From the NCBI GenBank assembly GCA_050253335.1, contig JBFWJG010000007.1, positions 1 through 60,538 on the forward strand: 60,538 nt of DNA, written 5' to 3'. The stretch comes from Deferribacterales bacterium. Its GTDB lineage: Bacteria > Chrysiogenota > Deferribacteres > Deferribacterales > Geovibrionaceae. Under the pieces are notes generated by a model. It was not told the origin of the DNA. It did no database searches and was given only the letters and a program-made list of their open reading frames with translations. Positions 55,896-60,538 of this stretch are shown piece by piece (position 1 is the first letter of the stretch; the number at the start of each line of letters is the position of its first letter). A program made the translations under genes and the position numbers.

Positions 55896-56932
55896 TTTTC
55901 CCCCGCGCTCCTGAGAGCAAAACCCGCAGCAACCGCAAAAGCATGGAACCTGTCCTCTATCAGCTTTTTATCCGCCGATCCCGCTATTTCCATTCTGGCA
56001 AAAGGATCAAACACCGAGACATCAGCCTCCACCGCTTTCTCTATTCTTTCCCGCAGGCCGGGCAGAACAGCCGCCCCGCCGCAGATGAAGCAGCGCGCGG
56101 GCTTTGACTGGTTTGCGGTGTCGAACATCTCTATAGAGTTTTTGATCTCCATTGCTATCTGGGAGTTAAAACTGTCCACCGTGGCTTTCAGGTTTTCGTC
56201 TGATTCAATGGCAGAGGTGTTTTTCATCAGCCTCTCCGCCTCGCTGAAGGGGATCGAGAGCGACTGGCTTACCATCTCGCAGAGATTTTTGCCGCCCTTG
56301 AGAACCTCTCTGGAAAACTCATAGTTTCCGTTTCGGGTTATTATGATAAGCGTGGTGGAGTGGCCGATGTTAACCAGAACCGCCGCCTCGTCATCCACCT
56401 CGTAGTTGGCGATGAAGGCGTTCATCATGGCGAAAACCTCAAGATCCACAACAAGGGGTCTGAGCTTTGCCGCTTCCAGCACGGACTTGAAGTCAACGAT
56501 AAGATCCTTCCTCGCAACAGCGAGAACAAGATCGGTCTCACCTTTGGCTTCGTCCACCTCTACTGTCTCGTAATCTATGCTGACATCCTCGATATCCATC
56601 TGGATATACTGCTCCGCCTCCCACATGAAGGTTTCACGCAGTTCATCCTGATCCGTAATGGGAACAGAGAGTCTTTTGGCGATCACCGCGCTCCCCTTGA
56701 GGCCTGCGGCGACGTTTTTTGAAGAGAATTTTCCGGATTTGTAGGCCTCGGAAACGGTTCCGGCGACCTCGCCGTAGTCCATTATCGCGCCTTCGACTAT
56801 AACATCGGGGGTAAGAGCAACCTCAACGGCGCTTTTAACCACATATCCTTTTTTCTTAGGTTTAAGCTCAACTATCTTCACTGAGCTGCTGCCTATATCC
56901 ACACCGATAAGCTGCTGTTTTCCGCCCAACAT
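55892..56932 (-). CDS. pilM: Pilus assembly protein PilM
   Basis: GVDIGSSSVK, EAEQYI, NIGH, GGAA, A.GFALR. Confidence 0.93.
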   Translation of the reverse strand: MLGGKQQLIGVDIGSSSVKIVELKPKKKGYVVKSAVEVALTPDVIVEGAIMDYGEVAGTVSEAYKSGKFSSKNVAAGLKGSAVIAKRLSVPITDQDELRETFMWEAEQYIQMDIEDVSIDYETVEVDEAKGETDLVLAVARKDLIVDFKSVLEAAKLRPLVVDLEVFAMMNAFIANYEVDDEAAVLVNIGHSTTLIIITRNGNYEFSREVLKGGKNLCEMVSQSLSIPFSEAERLMKNTSAIESDENLKATVDSFNSQIAMEIKNSIEMFDTANQSKPARCFICGGAAVLPGLRERIEKAVEADVSVFDPFARMEIAGSADKKLIEDRFHAFAVAAGFALRSAGEK

Positions 56933-57274
56933 CTATACTCCCCGATAAAGCTCGGTAAAGAAACAGGTTCTCTCTCCGGTGTGGCAGGCGGCGCCGGTCT
57001 GGTTTACTGTGTAAAGCAGAGTATCCCCGTCGCAGTCAAGCTTCACCGAAACAACCTTCTGGAGGTTTCCCGAAGTTCCGCCTTTTTTCCAGAGCTCGTT
57101 CCTGCTTCTGGAAAAGTAGTGCGCGTAACCTGTTTCCTTTGTAAGCTCAAGCGCTTCTTTATTAGCATAAGCAAGCATAAGCACTTCTTTTGTCTCCTCA
57201 TCCTGCACAACAACAGGGAGAAGACCGGCCTGCTTTCCCCAATCTATTTCAATCATATCACTATCCTGAGTCAA
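56933..57274 (-). CDS. hisI: Phosphoribosyl-AMP cyclohydrolase
   Basis: VLMLAY, SRSR..LWKKG.TSG, DCDGD, ACHTG..TCF. Confidence 0.95.
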   Translation of the reverse strand: MTQDSDMIEIDWGKQAGLLPVVVQDEETKEVLMLAYANKEALELTKETGYAHYFSRSRNELWKKGGTSGNLQKVVSVKLDCDGDTLLYTVNQTGAACHTGERTCFFTELYRGV

Positions 57275-57290
57275 ATTTCGGCAGATTATT

Positions 57291-57605
57291 CTAATTCTTT
57301 AAAAGAAAGTTCTCTGTGAGAACCTTCATGACGTCCTGTTCTTCCTGCTCTGTAACAACCAGTCCGCGCATTTTCATGCCGTGGAGAACCCTTTTCCAGT
57401 CCTCCTCGGTGCGTTTTTCCTGATATACAACAGAGGCTTTGTGGCATTTGCCGCATTTCTGCTCAATTATGGGAAAAGTCTTCCCGCTCTCTGAACAGCC
57501 GAAAATTATTATGCTAACAAATACGGGGAAGAAGCTCGCCCGCAGGCATATCCACAACACGTCTGCCGCCGACCGCCGTTTCAAGTATAACACGCCCCTC
57601 TCCAT
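57291..57605 (-). CDS. Small monoheme c-type cytochrome lipoprotein (start uncertain, likely downstream of 57605)
   Basis: IIFG-C lipobox, CGKCH heme motif, W...V..M distal ligand. Confidence 0.7.
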   Translation of the reverse strand: MERGVLYLKRRSAADVLWICLRASFFPVFVSIIIFGCSESGKTFPIIEQKCGKCHKASVVYQEKRTEEDWKRVLHGMKMRGLVVTEQEEQDVMKVLTENFLLKN

Positions 57606-58500
57606 TTACAGAACCAATAACGCAGGCGTTCCTGCCTTCTTCAAAACTTTTCAGCCTCTCAACAACATGAGAAGCATCCGAGGCTGATACAAGTATAACA
57701 GCTAATCCTTCATTCGCAACAGACAGAGGGTCAAATCCCAGAATTTCACACAAATTCCCCACATCCTGCCTCAGCGGGAGATCGTTTTCACGAATGAGAA
57801 AACCCTTCCCCGCGCCTTCGGCTATTTCGTTCAGAACAGCCGCCGCTCCGCCCCTTGTGGCATCCCGGCAGAAATGAACATCATATTCATGAAGAGCTTC
57901 CAGCATCCTGTTCAGGGGTGCGCAGTCGGACTCGATATTCCCCTCAAAACCAAGCTCCCCTCTGGCAAGAAGCACGCTCATTCCGTGGCGGGCTAGATCC
58001 GAGGTAAGGATAACCGCATCGCCGTCTTTTATATTTTCAAAGGCTGTCCAGTCCCTGACAACCCTGCCGATTCCGGCTGTGTTAATGAAAAGCCCGTCCG
58101 CGGCGCCTTTTTCGACAACCTTTGTATCACCGCAGACAATTCTGACTCCGGCTTTTTTTGCGGTTTCGGCTATGGAATCCACAATTTTTTCCAGCTTCTC
58201 AGCCTCATATCCTTCAGGAATAACAACCCCGAGGGAGAGATACTCCGCCTTGGCTCCGCTCACCGCCAGGTCGTTCACTGTGCCGCATACGGCAAGCTTG
58301 CCTATGTTCCCTCCGGGGAAAAACTCAGGGCGAACCACGAAGCCGTCGGTTGTGAATGCTGTTGTGCCTTCTGTCCGGACATGAGCCGCATCGGGCATTT
58401 TTTCCGATGCCTCATTCCCGAGACGGGAGATGAAAAGCTCTTTTATAAATTTATTGGTGGCGCTTCCGCCCCCGCCTTCGGCCAATCCTATTTTTTTCAT
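57514..58500 (-). CDS. hypE: Hydrogenase maturation protein HypE
   Basis: TTDGFVV.P.FFPGG.IGKLAVCGTVNDL, GDTKVV, DATRGG, ANEG, C-terminal PRIC. Confidence 0.95.
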   Translation of the reverse strand: MKKIGLAEGGGGSATNKFIKELFISRLGNEASEKMPDAAHVRTEGTTAFTTDGFVVRPEFFPGGNIGKLAVCGTVNDLAVSGAKAEYLSLGVVIPEGYEAEKLEKIVDSIAETAKKAGVRIVCGDTKVVEKGAADGLFINTAGIGRVVRDWTAFENIKDGDAVILTSDLARHGMSVLLARGELGFEGNIESDCAPLNRMLEALHEYDVHFCRDATRGGAAAVLNEIAEGAGKGFLIRENDLPLRQDVGNLCEILGFDPLSVANEGLAVILVSASDASHVVERLKSFEEGRNACVIGSVNGEGRVILETAVGGRRVVDMPAGELLPRIC

Positions 58501-58604
58501 TTCTGTTTCCTGCCTTTTATTTGTGTTCAGAAGATTATTAGTTTTTGTTCTGTTTTGCAACTTTCTTGATACAAAAACAGATTCCTATGGTAGGCTTCAT
58601 ATAA

Positions 58605-59714
58605 ATGAAACCGATAACCGATACTTACCAAAACAATTTCAAAACCGCCGCCGATGATGTTTCCGGCTGCGGCCACGCCGTGAAATTCATTGCGGACGCC
58701 GTGCCGGAGCCTGTGATCATCCTTAATCACGAACGCAGACTTGTCGCTTTCAATTCCTCAGCGGCTTCCGTTCTGGGGAACGCAGATGAGCTGGTTGGGA
58801 AGCTGCCCGGAGAGGTTCTGGGCTGCTCGCACGCAGTGACATCCCATGATCAGTGCGGAACAATGGAGTTCTGCAAGCACTGCGGAGCAAACAGCGCCCT
58901 GAAGGAAAGTCTCAGCGAAGTCAAAACTGCAAAGGAATGCAGCATACTCAAAACAGACGGCGAAGTCATGGATCTTCAGGTCACCTCCACACCGATGAAA
59001 AAAGACGGGCTTCTGTACCTGTTCGTGTACATAAAAGATCTGAGCGACTCAAAAAGAAAGGCTATACTGGAGAGGCTGTTTTTTCATGACATCATGAATA
59101 TGCTCTCCGGCATCAGCACTGTCTCCGATATTTTGGAAACAACGGACAGCCATGAGGAAATAAAGGAACTCGCATCTATAATGCGCATGACATCCGTGAG
59201 CCTCACGGACGAAATACGCTCCCACAAGCTTATCTTCGAAGCGGAAAGCGGAGGGCTGAGCATTAGACCGGAAAAAGTCTCCACCGCCGAAATACTTTCA
59301 GAGCTTCAGACCCTCTATTCCGCAGGAACTGTGTGTATTGACAAAAGCATCGTCATTGACCCCGCCGGAAAAGATATTCACTTCACAACGGATAAAACAA
59401 TACTCAAGCGGGTTCTGGGCAATCTTCTGAAAAACGCCCTTGAAGCTGTTCCCCCCGGAGGAAGCGTGAAGGCCGGTTCTTATCCCTCGGAAAACGGCGT
59501 GGAGTTCAGGGTTTACAACAAAGGATTCATACCGAGAGATATTCAGGCACGCCTGTTCCACAGAAACGTGAGCACAAAGGGAGCCGGCAGAGGACTGGGA
59601 ACCCACAGCGTCAAGCTCCTGAGCGAGAAGTATCTGAAGGGGCACGTGGGCTTTTCATCATCCGAAACTCTCGGAACCGTATTCCGTGTTGTTTATCCGC
59701 ATGAGATCAAATAA
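58605..59714 (+). CDS. Cytoplasmic PAS histidine kinase with Cys-cluster insert
   Basis: PAS with C-x9-C-x5-C-x2-C; H-box FFHDIMN; NLLKNALEA; STKG.GRGLG. Confidence 0.85.
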   Translation: MKPITDTYQNNFKTAADDVSGCGHAVKFIADAVPEPVIILNHERRLVAFNSSAASVLGNADELVGKLPGEVLGCSHAVTSHDQCGTMEFCKHCGANSALKESLSEVKTAKECSILKTDGEVMDLQVTSTPMKKDGLLYLFVYIKDLSDSKRKAILERLFFHDIMNMLSGISTVSDILETTDSHEEIKELASIMRMTSVSLTDEIRSHKLIFEAESGGLSIRPEKVSTAEILSELQTLYSAGTVCIDKSIVIDPAGKDIHFTTDKTILKRVLGNLLKNALEAVPPGGSVKAGSYPSENGVEFRVYNKGFIPRDIQARLFHRNVSTKGAGRGLGTHSVKLLSEKYLKGHVGFSSSETLGTVFRVVYPHEIK

Positions 59715-59798
59715 AATATATCAGCGGCATTTCCGGTTCATATTTTTCTCCGGCCGCCGATACAGATAAAGAATTAAACTCCCTGCGAGGTTGTATTT

Positions 59799-60538
59799 AT
59801 GCGTCATTTAAAATTTTTCCTGCTCATTCTTTCAGTTTTCATAGCAGTGTCCTGCGGCTCCGGCGGCGAGCCAACAGCAAAAACGGACTTCACTGACGGA
59901 AGCGTAAGGGCAGTCGCAAGCTTCAGCGAAGACGGCATCTCCCACACGCTAGGCACCTTTGAAGATGACGGCGACGGAATACAGGTCACTGCGGCGGAGC
60001 TGAACCAGAATGAACCGGAAGTAATCTACCTCGCGGGGCAGAACCTCTGGCTGACAGTCTGGGAGGATGAAAGAAACGCCGCAACAATGGGAACGGATAT
60101 TTACGGCCGTCTCATAAATGCCGACGGCACCCCCTGCGGGAACGAATTCATAATAGCTGCCACGTCCGACTATCAGTCACTGCCCAGAGTGGCCTATAAA
60201 TCCTCAAACGACACTGCGGTTATAACATGGCAGGATTCACGCGGAAACGCCGCAGGCGGATATGTTTACTTCAAAACACTCACCATAAACAATGCCGCCA
60301 CCTGCGCCTACACCCTCGGAGCCGAGAAGTATTTCGGCTTTGATCCTGCAAACAACCAGAACGGCGTTGACATCGGAACAGACGGACTTACTACAAGGGA
60401 AAAGCCCGTAGTAAGATACAACTCCCAGAACGATACATTTTACTTCGTCTGGATTGAAAAAAGAGCACTCAAACACACTATAAGACATCAGTGCCTTAAT
60501 ACTCCCGCCGCAACCTACACTCAGGATCTTGCAGACGG
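59799..60538 (+). CDS. Lipoprotein with beta-propeller-like repeats (partial, runs off window)
   Basis: GAGG RBS; MRHLKFFLLILSVFIAVS-C-GSGG; repeated Q..P.V.Y...VW.D.R units; open to the window end. Confidence 0.75.
   Translation, partial: MRHLKFFLLILSVFIAVSCGSGGEPTAKTDFTDGSVRAVASFSEDGISHTLGTFEDDGDGIQVTAAELNQNEPEVIYLAGQNLWLTVWEDERNAATMGTDIYGRLINADGTPCGNEFIIAATSDYQSLPRVAYKSSNDTAVITWQDSRGNAAGGYVYFKTLTINNAATCAYTLGAEKYFGFDPANNQNGVDIGTDGLTTREKPVVRYNSQNDTFYFVWIEKRALKHTIRHQCLNTPAATYTQDLAD

Overview
A 60.5-kb chromosomal window from an anaerobic, flagellated, piliated diderm bacterium. Gene content and protein style suggest Deferribacterota (Geovibrio/Denitrovibrio-like); that assignment is inference. 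Most of the window is core genome: a cobalamin-riboswitch-controlled class III ribonucleotide reductase operon, a Na+/solute symporter, tRNA-Leu(CAG), a 2-hydroxyacyl-CoA dehydratase-like/activase pair, four sensor kinases, NFACT/RqcH, pilT, csoR-copZ-copA, FadL, rnr, an NtrC-type regulator, an HD-GYP protein, murI, flagellar genes (fliQ-fliP-fliO-fliN-fliL-motB-motA; flgE-flgD-fliK), lpxB, pilMNOPQ, hisI and hypE. Two AT-rich accessory regions stand out. (1) Bases 1-2940 are the edge of a defence-like island: a helical-repeat gene coupled to a PD-(D/E)xK nuclease gene, an OLD/ABC-ATPase remnant cut by an internally deleted IS3 element, and an XRE regulator. (2) Bases 8340-11540 are an islet behind the tRNA carrying a tripartite HipBST toxin-antitoxin module and a DUF4143-type ATPase, each with its own three-palindrome operator array. 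Features missing from the ORF track include a separately encoded 56-aa glycyl-radical peptide that completes a split NrdD, a multi-hairpin element that duplicates the csoR 3' end, and a candidate anti-Shine-Dalgarno sRNA.
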